Source: Octopus vulgaris (Eukaryota). From it: 64,000 nucleotides of DNA. The stretch lies in the NCBI GenBank assembly GCA_951406725.2, contig OX597827.1:34038001-34102000 (forward strand). Reading direction: 5' to 3'. The translations under genes and the position numbers were made by a program. How positions within the stretch are numbered: the stretch's first letter is position 1; each line of letters opens with the position of its first letter. Positions 31,955 to 45,782 of this stretch are shown piece after piece. A model generated the notes under the pieces. The model was not told the origin of the DNA, did no database searches, and was given only the letters and a program-made list of their open reading frames with translations.

Positions 31955-32161
31955 AAGGTTGTGAGCTGGCAGAATCGTTAACACGCCGGAGAAAATGCTT
32001 AGCAGCATTTCGTCTGTCTTTATGTTGTCAGTACAAATTCCGTCGAGGTCGACTTTCATCCTTTCGTGGTCGATAAATTAAATTCTAGTGAAACCCTGGA
32101 GTCCATAAAATCGACTATCCCCCACCCCTAAATTTCAGGCCTTGTGCCTATAGTAGAAAGG

Positions 32162-32199
<38 letters not shown>

Positions 32200-32420
32200 G
32201 GCGGCGAGCTCGCAAAATTGTTACCGTGCGGGAAAAAACGTTTAGCGGTATTTCGTCTGTTGCTATGTTTTGAGTTGAAATTCCGCCGAGGTCGACTTTG
32301 CCTTTCATCCTTTCGAGATGATAAATTAAGTACCAGTGAAACACTGGGATTGATGTAATCGACTACCTCCCCGCCCACACATCTAAATTTTAGGCCTTGT
32401 GCCTTTAGTAGAAAGAATTA
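31955..32420 (+). mobile_element. Two tandem tRNA-derived SINEs with (ATT)n tails
   Basis: gagctggcagaatcgtta..., ccgaggtcgacttt..., ccttgtgcct.tagtagaaag tails. Confidence 0.85.
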
Positions 32421-32440
32421 TTATTATTATTATTATTATT

Positions 32441-32994
32441 GAGTGAGAGAGCAGTTCATGCCATCAAAGTGACACTGGGGTGAAATATACGAAGCCCAAT
32501 ATACCATCATGACTACCCGTCTGATAAGGGTACACCAGGCACATGCATCACAACCATATGTGCGCGACATGGTGATCTCATACCAAGATAAACAGCACAT
32601 GACCTTGCAGGAGGGGCCCAGTTAGAATTTTCTTCAGGCTGAGTAGCCCATCCCGCTCAAAAGATCCCTGAATAAGAGTTGTTTAAGGATGTTGAAAGAA
32701 CCACCCATGTTTCCAGAGGTGAATTATTCAAACCCCAAAGAATCCCTCTCAACACATGGCTATGATGCTCCCCCCACTACTTCTGCTCATGATCAGAGAT
32801 GCACATATCGTCAGCCACTAAGGGACATGCTCAACTGGTTAAGGTCAAACAACTGACAAGCAAATCTGTGGTATTGAGCAGAATATTTGCTGTAGCCCAT
32901 CTTTAATACCAAGACAAAACAATGTACATGATAACACTTCCAATCAGTTAAGATCAGAAGCCATGAGAGCCACTGCCTGGTACTGCATCAGGGC

Positions 32995-32996
<2 letters not shown>
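32441..32996. mobile_element. ~555-bp non-coding element inserted in (ATT)n, unclassified
   Basis: Higher-GC block with sharp boundaries into ATT repeats at both ends. Confidence 0.55.
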
Positions 32997-33048
<52 letters not shown>

Positions 33049-33049
33049 C

Positions 33050-33279
33050 AAGGCAGCGATCTGGCAGAATCGTTAGCGCGCTGGACGAAATGCTTAGCGG
33101 TATTTCGTCCGTCGCTACGTTCTGAGTTCAAATTTCGCCCATGTCAACTTTGCCTTTCATTCTTTCGAGATCGATAAAAAATGTACCAGTTGAGTACAAG
33201 AGTCGATGCACTCGACTTACCCCCTCCCCAAAAGTGCTAGCCTTGTGGCAAGGTTTGAAATCATCATTATTATTATTAT
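33050..33279 (+). mobile_element. tRNA-derived SINE ending just upstream of the exon 2 acceptor
   Basis: Same family as 16835 and 32198; (ATT) tail runs to ~33279. Confidence 0.85.
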
Positions 33280-33287
33280 ATTTTCAG

Positions 33288-33431
33288 GCGTACTTTCAAG
33301 TCTACTGATCGGTAAATTCGGATGCCGGAAAACTTTGTTCGTCGGTGCCAGTCTACAAGCGCTCGGTTTCATTGGGTCATATATTATAACCGACAACAAG
33401 CTATTGCTATTAACTCTCAGTCTTATTACAG
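33288..33431 (+). CDS. SLC16/MCT-like transporter, coding exon 2
   Basis: ttttcag| acceptor; GVLSSLLIGKFGCRKTLFVG (MFS motif A-like); G|gtaaac donor; 144 bp, phase 1-1. Confidence 0.92.
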
Positions 33432-34071
33432 GTAAACTATACTTTATTTCTTTGTTAGAGTTCGTTTTCTGTTTCTTAGTCTTTTCGGCAGTTCACCTGT
33501 TTGTTTTGTCAACAATCTGAAATGAAGTAAAACCTATATTTTGTTTGACTTATTAGGTTGACGTAGTTATTGCTTCTTGTTGCTCAGTTCCAGCCCAGCC
33601 CAGCCCAGCCCCAATAAAGCCGGCTTATGATCAAGGGCGATCCAGCCGTGACATATCCCATCTTTATATATATCTTCGTCTGATGTGAGTTGAATATTTT
33701 TAAGACAATAGAGTTGAAGTCAGAGATTTGGTTGTTATTTTTAGAAGGTCGAATGATTGCATTATCTAGTGCTGTCATCAAAATTTTCCTTTTATTGAAG
33801 CAGTTCAGAAAAAATTTCGAATCACCTATCCTAATGCTTTGTGCCATGGGGTTCCGATTTTTATTGCTACTACAATCTTCCAATCAGCACTTACTTTTCT
33901 TATTTCAAAGATTCTGTTCCAAAAATTAGCTTCCAAAACATTTCTAACTTTTCCTGCATTTACTCTTATCTGCAGAATTTTATTGATTTATTTGCAAGAG
34001 CACATTTTAGAAGGAAATCTTTTCTATATCACCAGACATTTTAAATCAATAATTTAATATTTACACGTTTT

Positions 34072-34245
34072 AGGCGCAGGAGTGGCTGTGTGGTAAGTAG
34101 CATGCTTACCAACCACATGGTTCCGGGTTCAGTCCCACTGCGTGGCACCATGGGCAAGTGTCTTCTACTTTAGCCTCGGGCCGACCAAAGCCTTGTGAGT
34201 GGATTTGGTAGGCGGAAACTGAAAGAAGCCCGTCGTATATATGTG

Positions 34246-34295
<50 letters not shown>

Positions 34296-34500
34296 TGTGT
34301 GTCTGTGTTTGTCCCCCCACCAACATCGCTTGACAACCGATGCTGGTGTGTTTACGTCCCCATAACTTAGCGGTTCGGTAAAAGACACCGACAGAATAAG
34401 TACTAGGCTTACAAAGAATAAGTCCTGGGGTCGATTTGCTCGACTAAAAGCGGTGCTCCAGCATGGCTGCTGTCAAATGACTGAAACAAGTAAAAGAGTA
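34072..34500 (+). mobile_element. tRNA-derived SINE with internal TA/TG microsatellite
   Basis: gtggctgtgtggtaag (A box), ggttcagtccc (B box); copies at 47710, 48330 and 54380. Confidence 0.88.
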
Positions 34501-34969
34501 AAAAAAAAGAGTAAAAAGAGCTTCAAATCGCCCACCTTTTATTTACTTATCATCATACAGAACCTATTCTTCATATTTTTTGTTATAAAAGAAGTCTAGT
34601 AAACAGCATTTGATTTTTTTTTTTGTTACGTTATGTATGGTGTCTAATCTTTATTCCATTATGGGTTTCTACCACTATACCTGAAAAGTGACATGGATTA
34701 TGTGTAAATATCTGCAAGAATTTATTTTTACCAAATACGTTTAAACATTGATTTTAAACCCTCTGAAATATTCCTTTCTGAAAAAAAAATCCTTCTTTAT
34801 TTTATTCAAACTCTGTTATATCTAAGTATTGAGTGATTGTTTTATGTAACCAGGTATTCTTTGAATTTTCAAAGTAAATCTTAGGAATTCACCAGGTGTT
34901 TTGTATACTTCAGTCTTAACTGTTTATTCCGGATTTCATCATTACCACTTCGAATGGCACTGTTCCCAT

Positions 34970-35004
<35 letters not shown>

Positions 35005-35115
35005 CCTCTCTCTCTATATCTATCTATCTATCTATCTATCTATTTATGATTGATTCTAGTTTCAGCTCATGAGCTGTGGCCATGCTGGGGCACCGCCATT
35101 TAATATATTGCGCCC

Positions 35116-35198
<83 letters not shown>

Positions 35199-35523
35199 AA
35201 TACGAGTGAGTGAATAAACGAACGATAAACGCTTCAGAGGTCAGTTTTGCTTTTCATCCTCCCTAGTCGATGAATTAAAGTATCTGTCGGGTACTGATGT
35301 CGGTTTAATATCTCGACGAAACATCTTATATATGAATGTAATTAGCATAGAAAAATTCCGTTTTAATGCACTAACCACTTCATGCAAGGTATTTAAAGTA
35401 GCCTTCTTAGGTTTCTGCTATCCACTGCCCTGCAGTTTTTAAATATCTAATTTAAGCAACGTTACAATAATGTTACAGGTTTCAAAGTTTCTCCTTATGA
35501 TGATTATTTTCTTCTTGTTTTAG

Positions 35524-36696
35524 GTACTGGATGCGGTGTCTGTTATACAGCTGCCATGGTTGTTATTAGTTACCATTTTGATCGCTATTTAGGACTAGCA
35601 TCTGGGATTGCTATCAGCGCACAAGGATTTGGGACAGTGATGATAAACATTATTGAAACTACTGTGAATTTCTACGGGTTGCGTAACTTTTACTTATTAC
35701 TAGCTGGGTATGTCCTTCAAAATTTTGTTTTTGGGGCTCTTTTACGGACGTCTGTGCACGAACAAACCCAGAGTAAAAAAGTTAAAAATGTCTCAATACT
35801 GACTGGCAAAAACAACATTGTTTACAAATCGGATGAATCTGTCAACGAAAGTAAATCAAAATCTGAGAATTTAACCATCCCCTCCAGTGAAGCCCCACAG
35901 AATCCAAACGGACAGTATCGTCATGAGATCCAATATGACTGCGAAGAAATCAACACTAAAACTAAAGATTTTGACCAAGAAAGCTTGGATAAAAACAGCA
36001 CTGATAAAACTAATGGTAAATTAGACCAACCCTCAGAATATCCAAACAAAGAAAAATCTACTGATGAAATTGAAATGAAAGACAATTTCGACTCGCAGCA
36101 CTTGCAATCTTTAGAAGCCCTAGACATAGATGTAAATGGGCAACCAAGCAACACATTCACTAAAAAAAATCATTTACAGAAATCAAGTATAGTTAGCGAC
36201 TGCAACGAAAAAGAAACCTGTTTCGGAAAATATGTGGCAGTTCTGAAGAATTACAGGTTTATCATATTAGCTCTATTCGTCTTTCTTTTTTCATGCGCCG
36301 AAAGTACCTTTCATATTATGCTTCCATCTTACTTCATGGAAAACGGATCGACAAAAGCACAAGTCGCGCAAGTATTCTCTTTCGTTGGAATCGTTTCTGC
36401 ATTCAGCCGGTTTCTAACCGGATTAATTCTGAACAAAAACATTTTATCACTCACTATTCTATTCTCGGTGCCATCATTTCTGCTTGCAATCTGTAGTTTC
36501 TTCGTGCCTTATTTCATCCAGATATATTGGGGCCAGCTTATATACTGTCTTTTGTTTGCTACGTTCAATTTCACTGTTTATGCACTTGTTAATAGAATAT
36601 GTATCGTGATTGTCGGTGTAAAAGGAACTGCTGAAGCTATTGGCATGCTCATGTTAGCATGGGGTTTGGGTTCCTTAACTGGATCACCTGTCACAG
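35524..36696 (+). CDS. SLC16/MCT-like transporter, coding exon 3 (TM4-TM11 with long central loop)
   Basis: tttag| acceptor; ISYHFDRYLGLASGIA matches the MCT YF.K.R..A.GIA motif; TM8 SRF; GSPVT; G|gtaaat donor; 1173 bp, phase 1-1. Confidence 0.93.
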
Positions 36697-39012
36697 GTAA
36701 ATATTTAATTGTACATATTTTTGTTTTGAATTGGTTTGTTGTTATTTTTATGTTTCAACCAAAGGAGGAACGGTAGCACATATAACTCTTTCAGAAACCT
36801 CGAAACTGGTGGAAGAAAGAGTGTAAGTTATCTTTAAACAGGAAACCCAGACTAAATTCTAGCAACAAAGTGTTCTTTGTTAAGTGAAACGGTGACTACG
36901 ACGAACTTCCACACAAGTTTTAGCTGTTGTTGTTGTAGATATTACTGCGGTCATCAGTATTGTTGTATTGTTATAACCGTTGTCTTTGTTGATATTTTCG
37001 TTGTGATAGTTGCTATTACTACATACGTAAAAGAACTGGTACTGTTAAAGAAATAAGCTGAAATGGTACTTAATAAAAGTATAGATATATCTTACATTTC
37101 ATAAATTTTATAGACTTGTTAAATAAAACATATCATATATTACCAGGTTAGATTCTGATCAAACTTCATTTACCAAAAGTAGTGTATTTTGTAAATAATG
37201 GAATGCGTGTAATAGTGATTATAATCAATATAATATGAATTCCATAAGTATATTATATAAATATCATTAAGACATGTCCTATATATAAAGAAGTTACGGT
37301 GAAGCATATATGCATTATAATATACAAATTTAATTGAATGTTGGTTCAGTGCATATACTTCCAACGGATAATATGAGCTTTCGCATAAAATATATTACAA
37401 TATACATATGTATGCATGTTTGATGATCTGATGAGCGTACTTTCTTTATTTGCTTTGATTTGTGAATATACAATTGTGTAATGCCGAGCATGCATATTAA
37501 TGCAAACAAGTAAGTATAATTTCTTCCATACTGAAATTAATACAACACGAAAAAGATTGCGAAACGGCCGTAACCCTTAGAATGTCACGTAGTTAAATAA
37601 ATATATACTCACCTCTCATACTTCCTCACTTTTATGGTTTATGCAACTGACAGAGAAGCGTGGAGGGATACGATATGGGGCAGTGTTAAAGATTTTTAGC
37701 TTCGCAAAGTTAAGCACTCAGAAATGAAAAGAAAATTTCGTGAAAATGAGATTAATATCATTGGCGTGGCGAGTGTTTCTCATGCCTTCTTTAAATGTTC
37801 TTATCTCACGCGTATCTCACGCTAGTATGAAATCACACCAGCTCCCCCATGCGGATAAGGCAAACATGAACTATTGGAATTTCATTCTGGATGACTAGCT
37901 TCAATGAAAAGTCTGTCGTCGAAAAACCTGCAAGTCATGTGGACGGTTGAAGCAGCACTTAAACATTCATAATAAGCACGTGTAAAATGGAACCAGAGCT
38001 GGAATGAGATGCTGCTACTTGGAAGTTTTTACTAATATATAATTATATATATAATTTTATATATATAATTTTATTATATATATAATTATATATATAATTT
38101 TACTAATATATAATTATAATCAAGGATAATTAAGGAAAAGATCTGTATAGGATTCTATCAAGTAGCTAGCATGTAAAACCAATTAAGGCCCAAAATCAAT
38201 ATAGTTAATAATTATAAAATTATAATAAGGGCAACTATCAAGTAATGCCACGTTAGAAGACGCCAAATGACTCTAAAACAACTTTATTTATCATATAGAC
38301 ACGGCTGAAAGCGAGGGTATAAAGAAAAAAATATTTTGAAAAAGTTTAGCCATAAAGTGGCCATTTTGAATCCAGCTGCTCTTTTTTTGCTCTCATTGTT
38401 TGATAAAGCGCACTCTCTGAAATGCCGCCACAAGTGAGATCATTTTTATGCAAGACTCAATGACTGCAGCAGGAGTTTCCCATTAACTTAAAGTGAAAAC
38501 AATAGCGTTTGAAAAATGAAAGTGAAAACAATAGAGAGTGAGAGGGATATAAAGAGGGGGGGGAGAGAAAGTTAGCTAGCTAGATAAACAATATAGATAT
38601 AGGTAGATAGATAAGATATAGACAGATAGATAAGGAGAGATAGACAGATATAGAGACAGAGATTGATAGAGAGATAGAGAGAGATGGATAGAGTGATATA
38701 GACAGAGAGATATAGACGTCACTGACGCTAGAAAATCGGAAGTAAATATTTTCAAAAACTTTTAAAGACGAGAATCTAATATAAAGAGCAATATTTTTTA
38801 TGACCAATGAAAGGAAGACAATCAGTTTCTGAAAGTTACTTCACAAAGAGTTACCTCCATTCTCCACGTGACCCAGGAACAGATATTCTCTGTCCCCATT
38901 ATATGAAAAATTTTAAGAGTCTAAAAGCATCCCTGGAGCATAAGTAATTTATATTCCCAATTTGGAGAAAGTCAGTTGAAAAATATGGCTGTTATAATCA
39001 CACACACGCACG

Positions 39013-39117
<105 letters not shown>

Positions 39118-39137
39118 CGGGATTTCTTTTATATATA

Positions 39138-39483
39138 TTAACTCCACCTTAGCGACGGAGGTTGTATTTGTTTGCTTGGTTGTTTGTTTATCCGTGGACA
39201 AGATATCTCAAGAACCGTTGGATGGATTCGGATGAAACTTTCAGGGATCTTTGGCCTCGTGACTGGCACGAACTTCTTAGATTTTAGGATCGATTCGCTA
39301 CAGGACAACGATTCTGGATTATTTTCCCGGAATTTTTTACTTAATTTTTGAGCGCGATCGGGTTGATTTTTAGTATTCTCATTTATGGGAGCAGTCAACT
39401 TTATTTCACATATTTTCATTTTAAAAACCATCTCCGGCACGTTGGTGTTGATTTGGTGGAGGTTTGCACTCCTTGAGTACTCT

Positions 39484-39485
<2 letters not shown>
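39138..39485 (+). mobile_element. HINE/Helentron-like non-autonomous element
   Basis: 5' ctccacc..ggagg; subterminal ttggtggagg; 3' hairpin actc-ctt-gagt. Confidence 0.55.
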
Positions 39486-39522
<37 letters not shown>

Positions 39523-39710
39523 ATTTTTTTCAATATGTACAAATAACGGAAAAAATAAATAGTTACCAGGGTAGCAAAAAATTCACATAAGTACCAAGGA
39601 TGTTACAGCCAACTTATAAAGATAGAAATTCCAGGGTTTAGTGAAATGTTTTTGTATAACAGATAAATAAAGAAGTGGGGTTTAATGCAGGTGTTCTTCA
39701 AATTTTTATA

Positions 39711-39797
39711 CTTCCGACATATGTTTCGAAGAAAACATTGCTATTATTCCAGAGGAAATAAAATTATGTAAAACTATACGATCTTCTCATCAGGGTT
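39711..39797 (-). ncRNA. Hammerhead motif in a TA-adjacent element
   Basis: Minus: cc CUGAUGA GAAGA...UCUUC GAAA CAUAUG UC gg; intact core, only 2-bp stem I. Confidence 0.65.
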
Positions 39798-39869
39798 AAA
39801 AAGGGAAACAAAAGACATCAATAAGCCATTTTAATCGAATGTGATGACTGCAGCCATTACATTCGGTTA

Positions 39870-41085
39870 AAATGGTTTATTGATGTTTTATATTCAGTTT
39901 TGGATGCTGGTAGCGCAGGGCTTGGAATGTTTCAACATTAAACTTCATATTATTATTCCCAGACCATCTGTAAATTGAGTCCAACTCCTGCTGCAGGTGG
40001 GCAACATCGCTGGGGTTCTGTATTTTCTGCAAGACTTTCGTATCGTCTGCGTAGCTAGCAAGGGTGGCTATCCGGGCAGTTGAGGACATATCTGAGAGGG
40101 CCACTATGAAAAGCAGTGGTCCCAAGACAGCACCCTGTTGAACACCGCTCACTATTTCTGTGTTCATCGAGGTGGCTCCATTGGCCACTGCTGCCTAACG
40201 TCTATCGTACAGAAAGTCATGTAATCACTCTCCAAGTTTTCCAGCTATGCTGAGATCACGCACTTTGTGGCAAATCATACCATGCTCAACTTTATCCAAC
40301 CCCTTTGCAAAATCAAGGTATATTGCGTCCACATTTGAGTTGTTGAGCAACTGCCTCAACACCCAGTCATAGTGCTGTAAGAGCTAGGTCAGGCAGCTCC
40401 TACATGGTCGAAAGCCATGCTGGGTATCACTCAGCAAGTCATTTTGTTCAACGAATGCGATTAGTTTCCCTCTGACTATCCGTTCCATGACTTTGTTGAT
40501 GTGTGAAGTCAGAGAGATAGGCATCTGCTCTGCCTTCCCCTTTATGGATTGGGCATATTATTTTCTCCTTCAGCTTGCTTGGCAGCCTGCCATTTGCAAG
40601 AAGGCTTTGGAAGAGAATCTGTAGTGGTTTCGCAAGGGCATGCTTACGCGATTTGAGGAGGATTGCTGGGAAACCATCAGGACCAGCAGTTGAGACGGCT
40701 TTTGGTTTTGACTTAATCTTTTTATAACCCATGTTTCTCTGTCTGTTCTCTCCCTTACATAGGATTGTTGCAGGGTTTTTTTCCATCTCCATCAGTGTTC
40801 TTTTTTAGGCGGGACCTTTCACTACTTTGGGAGTGTTGTTTGAAGCAATTTGCAACCTTCGTGCTTTGTCTTATGAGGATCTTCCTCTCCTTTGGAATCT
40901 TGTTCCTTTTTGTGTTGGTCTTGTGCTCTATGACATATTTTTGGCATATGTTTTGCATAACAGATATGAAATATTCTAGTTTCATGCCAATGTCTGGTGT
41001 TGAGAGACATTTCTGTCTTTGCTCTCCTCGTCCAGTTCTTTGCTCTCCTACTTTGGAGCCATCTTCGTTTTCTAAGCCCAGAGGG
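39870..41085 (-). pseudogene. CR1-type LINE RT remnant
   Basis: AGPDGFPAILLK; SGVQQGAVLGPLLF; YADDTK. Confidence 0.88.
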
Positions 41086-41645
41086 TAGGAAAGGGTAGAG
41101 AGGAAGTGAGAGAGACAGAGGGGGTAGAGAGGAATAAAGACAGAGGGAGGGAGAGGGCAATAGAGAGAATGATATGAAGGAAAGAGAGTTGGTGATATGA
41201 AGAAAAAAAAGAGGGTATGGAGCGATAGCGAGACAGAGGGAGGGAGGAGGGAAGGGAAAGAGAGACAGAGTGTAGGAGAGAGAGGAGAGAATAAAGGATG
41301 TGAGGGAAAGGGAGAGAAGAAAAGGGAAAGTGAGAAGTATATGACGGGGAGGGTGAGATGAGAGGGGAAGAGGTAGATGTAGAGAGAGACAAAGGAACGG
41401 AGAGAAAAGTGAGAAAATGTGGAAGATATGAAAGAGAGGGAGACAGAGTGAGGGGAAAGGGATGAGAAAAAGAGGAAAATATGGACGAGAGCGGGAGAGA
41501 GGTAGGTGTAAAGAGAGACAAAGGGAGGAAGAGAGAAGCGGGAAAAGGAGGAAGATATAAAAGGGAAAGAGAGAGGAAGAGGAAGGTATGAAAGAGAGAG
41601 TGGGGAGGAGCAGGTAACGAATATATGAAGGAAAGTGAAAAACAA
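41086..41645. repeat. Polypurine (GA-rich) low-complexity tract
   Basis: About 560 bp, almost all A/G on the + strand. Confidence 0.9.
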
Positions 41646-42255
41646 ACGGTATAGATCGAGAGGGCGCCTGTAAAAGTGAAAAACGATAGTGAAAAGAAAG
41701 GTTTCATATCGAATTCGCTACCGTAAACGTTTCAAATAGAACGTAAACGAAGAGGTCGCTGTAAGAAAAAGTTAAATGAAAAACGATAGAGATAAAAGGA
41801 AAAGGTTTCCTAACGAATTCGCTACCATAAATTTTCAAATAGACTCTAGAGAAACAATACGTCTTAGCTCAAATGTTCATCCGGTATTACCAAAGATAAA
41901 CCAAAATAAGCAAGATGGGTAGGATACTAATTCCCAAGAGGTAAAATTCCAATCCTTGTTCTTGTACGAAGTTTTGTTTCAAAGAAGAATCGTGTTACAC
42001 GCGGCCGCAAATAAAAGTACGATTTATCACCACGTGCTTTCTTTGAGGATAACTCTGGCTTGCGTCACTGACTTTAATGTAATATATTAATTATTTTAAC
42101 ATTATATTATAGTAGACCGTTATGAAATAACAAGTACTGCGTTTTTTGTCAGTTTTAGCAGATTTTTCATCGATTTAGGCAACCCTTTTAGGTTGTTTCA
42201 AGAGCACGAAATCATGTCTTTCCACTACGAAACCGGAAGTATCATATTCATATTC

Positions 42256-42286
<31 letters not shown>

Positions 42287-43564
42287 ATGTTGTATTTGGG
42301 AATGGTCGTGTTGCCAGTTTAGCTAATAAAAACACACGCACTATATATTAGGCGTTCACTTGCTTCAGCTTTATTTAATATTAATCGTATTTCGGCCAGA
42401 GTTCTTTCGTTATACTTCTGTGACCTCATGAGTGGTCCTTATCTTATTTGTTCATTAATATTCGAAACCTAGGTACAAGTGGTAACTGTTGAAAATGTTT
42501 TTATTTTATGACCATCATGGTGGGGAAAGAAATCTGTAGTTATGGATGATCATAACTTTCAGAAAAATGGATATTTTTTAATAAAATTTTCTACGAATAT
42601 GTGTTATATCATGTAGGGGGGTAAGTGTTTTAGGAGGGAGCGGGGAAATTTTGAAAATTCACCTGAGTCCACTTCAATTCGTCTTAACGCTCAAGAAAAT
42701 GGATATTTTTTAATGAAATTCTCTACAAATATACCTCGGAATATTATAAGATTAGATTCACTTCTTTAAAAAGGTTTCACACTGTCAACGTCCGGTATTC
42801 ACATAAAAACTGCGAAGTCTGTCCTTGTCTACTTTTAATGTTTTCATTTCAAGTTTTAATTCGCTCTTTGTAAACAGCTTCGATAAATTACAGAAAGAAA
42901 TATTTACAAAGTTAACAAATTTAAATATTTTAACGTGCTTTTATTTATGCGATTTTTTCATTCCATGTCTATCTCATTCATTATTTGCAATGTTCTGTCT
43001 CTCTCTCTCTCTCTGTTTCACACACACACACACACAAACACACATGCTCCAGGTTTGATTTCTTTATTACACAAATATCACACTAAAATTTTGCAATTCA
43101 ACATGGGGCGTCCAAAAAATATGGGCATTATTTTGCTGGAACTTGCACACTTCGTTAATTTACGTAAACTTTTTTTACCTATTTTTTTTTCACGCCGTGT
43201 TCAGCTCTATGTATTTGTAGTTAGTCACATACGCACACATGTTTTTGTATGTACGTTTGTATACATTCATATATGTGTGTGTGTGTTTGTGTGTGAGTGA
43301 GTGAAGGTGTGTGTTGTCATGTATACGTACATATATAAATGCATATGCATACACCTTTTTTGCATGCATGTATGTGAGAGACAGTGATATCTAAGTGGCA
43401 CACTCTCTCTCACACGCGCACACATACATACAAGAAAGATGTGTGCACGTATATATGACAACACACCCCTTCACTCTCTCTCTCTCTCACACACTCACAC
43501 ACACATACACACATGCCCATTTCATCAGATGTTTGATATTGTATGTATATGTATCTGTGTGTGA

Positions 43565-43611
<47 letters not shown>

Positions 43612-43624
43612 CGCGCGCGGCGTT

Positions 43625-44638
43625 AGACAATCGCCATAAAAAGCAGAGGAATTTTCTTTCTTAATGCTCCTGGTGACACAGGTAAAACATTTGTAACATT
43701 GCTTCTCTCCAAAGTAAGGCAATAAAAAAAATTGCAGTTGCTGTACCATTGTCTGGCTTTGCTGCCACCAGCCCAGAAAGACGAACAGCTCATTCTGCTT
43801 TTAAATTACCACTAAACCTGGTCACCAGTGACAGTCTAATTTGTAACATAAGCAAAGATTCAGGTTCAGCAGAAGTTTTGTGCCACTGCCACCTTATCAT
43901 TTGGGATGAATGCACCATGTCACGTAGAGGTGCAATGGAAGCTCTTGTTAAGACCTGACAGGACATCAGAGACAACAATAAATTTATGGGAGGAGTTACA
44001 TTAGTTTTATCAGGAGACTTCTGATAGACATTACCAGTCGTTCTGAGACGAAAAAGATCTGATGAAATAAAAGTATGCATTAAGTCTTCACACCTATGGC
44101 ATAATGTACTGAAATTCTCCTTCAATACTAACGTGCGAGCTTCGTTACATGGGGACTAAGGCGCAAAACATTTTTCAACCTGGCTCCTCCAATTAGGAAA
44201 TGGGTAAGTACCATTTGATGGGAATGGTGATAGCAGTTTGGCTCATATTGCTATCATAGTGAATTCCCCAGCTGAATTGAAGAACAGGGTATTGCCAGAC
44301 TTAACTAATAATTATAAATCACACAAATGGTTGAGTGAAAGGGTAATTCTTACTCCAAAAAATGAGACAGTTGCAAGAATTAACCATGAATTAATGAATA
44401 AGATTCCAAAAGTCATTAAGGAGTACAAATCAGTTGATTCAGTCCGTGATGAAAATCAATCTGTTCGTTACCCAACAGAGTTCCTTAATTCTCTTGAGCC
44501 ACCTGGAATTCCTCCACAAACTTTTTCTGAAGGTAGGAGTCCCAATAATGCCTCTAAGAAATTTAGATCCTCCTAAATTATGCAAAGGGACAGGGTTAAT
44601 TGTAAAGACATTATCACCTAATGTAACAGAAGCTACCA
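43625..44638 (+). pseudogene. Helitron PIF1-like helicase remnant
   Basis: APGDTGKTF (Walker A), RTAHSAFKLPL, LIIWDECTM, SGDF..LPV, PTEFLNSL.PPG.P, LRNLDPPKLC.GT; stops and frameshifts. Confidence 0.9.
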
Positions 44639-45440
44639 TCCAAATGGGATCGTCTGAATCTACATCCTATCTCAGATACAGCTACGTATTCCAGGAATTA
44701 ATGGAGGTCTATATAGGGACGACACGTTATTCTTCATACATAGATGTAGTAAAGTACAGCGACAAAAATAAAAGGGATCCTTATTATATATGCATATATA
44801 ATCCAAGAAAACGTGTAGTAAATAAACATATGAATATATATTAAATACACAGACGAACAGAAAACACAGAAGGTCACCAACTACTCTTCAGTTATTGGCC
44901 AGAAGATCAAAGCGCAATTTCGGCGACTATCGATAACATTGCTTCCACTCTGGAGGCACCGGAAAGAAACTTGCTGGAATAGGACCAAACATAACAAGAC
45001 AAGACGGGCTCGAGACGAGACGGTTAGGACAAAACGAGAAGGACAAAACAATAAACAGAATAAAGGCTTAGGGCTACACGAAGACAACAATTAAAATGAA
45101 AATAATACATATACAACAAAAAAAGCCTTAGGGCTGCAAGACAAAGCAAAAATGGGTCTGTGTATTTAGTATATATTCGTATGTTTATTTACTACCCGTT
45201 CCTTTTGAATTATATATATATATATATTAAGATTTGAGTGGTTGAATGAATTATCTTATTACGGATAATTCGAAAGATAACCGATACCTGGGTAGCAAAT
45301 TCACATCAGAAAGAACACGGTTGAAACTACGTCCCTAGGGCATAGACTACGTATCTTCGTGCGGAAATTTGTATGTTTATTTTAAATTTATAAGTATATG
45401 AAAGAATGGAGTTGAACGACTAGTTAACAAATATCCTTTA

Positions 45441-45522
45441 TTCTCGACATATGTTTCGAAGGCTGCATATTCCTAATTCCGAAGGAATAAGGAGTGAATT
45501 ATGCAGATTTCTCATCAGTAAA
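45441..45522 (-). ncRNA. Hammerhead motif, left arm of a fold-back pair
   Basis: Minus: CUGAUGA GAA..CUGCAUA...UAUGCAG..UUC GAAA CAUAUG UC. Confidence 0.65.
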
Positions 45523-45646
45523 ATCAAGGAACTTATGTCGACATCAAAATGCACAAAAAACTTTTAGCTGACCGCTCTCAAGGAGCCCATGGCGATAATG
45601 AGTGTCTCTTTATAAGAAGTGACGTCAGAGTGGCTGAATGTAGAAG

Positions 45647-45730
45647 AATCCTGATGAGAAATCTGCATAATGTACTCCTTATTCCTTCGGAATTAGGAGT
45701 ATGCAGCCTTTGAAACATATGTCGAGAATA
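45647..45730 (+). ncRNA. Hammerhead motif, right arm
   Basis: CUGAUGA at 45651; long stem II (CUGCAUA/UAUGCAG, CUCCU/AGGAG); GAAACAUAUGUC; weak stem I. Confidence 0.65.
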
Positions 45731-45782
45731 AAGGATATTTGTTAACTAGCCGTTCAACTCCATTCTTTCATATACTTATAAA

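Noticed and set aside
36697-36776. ORF read-through as the transporter C-terminus
   Set aside because: A good donor at 36697 and loss of MCT similarity suggest intron sequence; retention is not excluded
40755-41707. Hydrophobic Ser/Leu/Pro/Phe ORFs
   Set aside because: Translation of a CT-rich low-complexity tract running into a LINE remnant
42395-42437. Minus-strand hammerhead-like motif (CUCAUGA...GAAAGAACUC)
   Set aside because: Core G5 is mutated and stem II eroded; at best a dead relic
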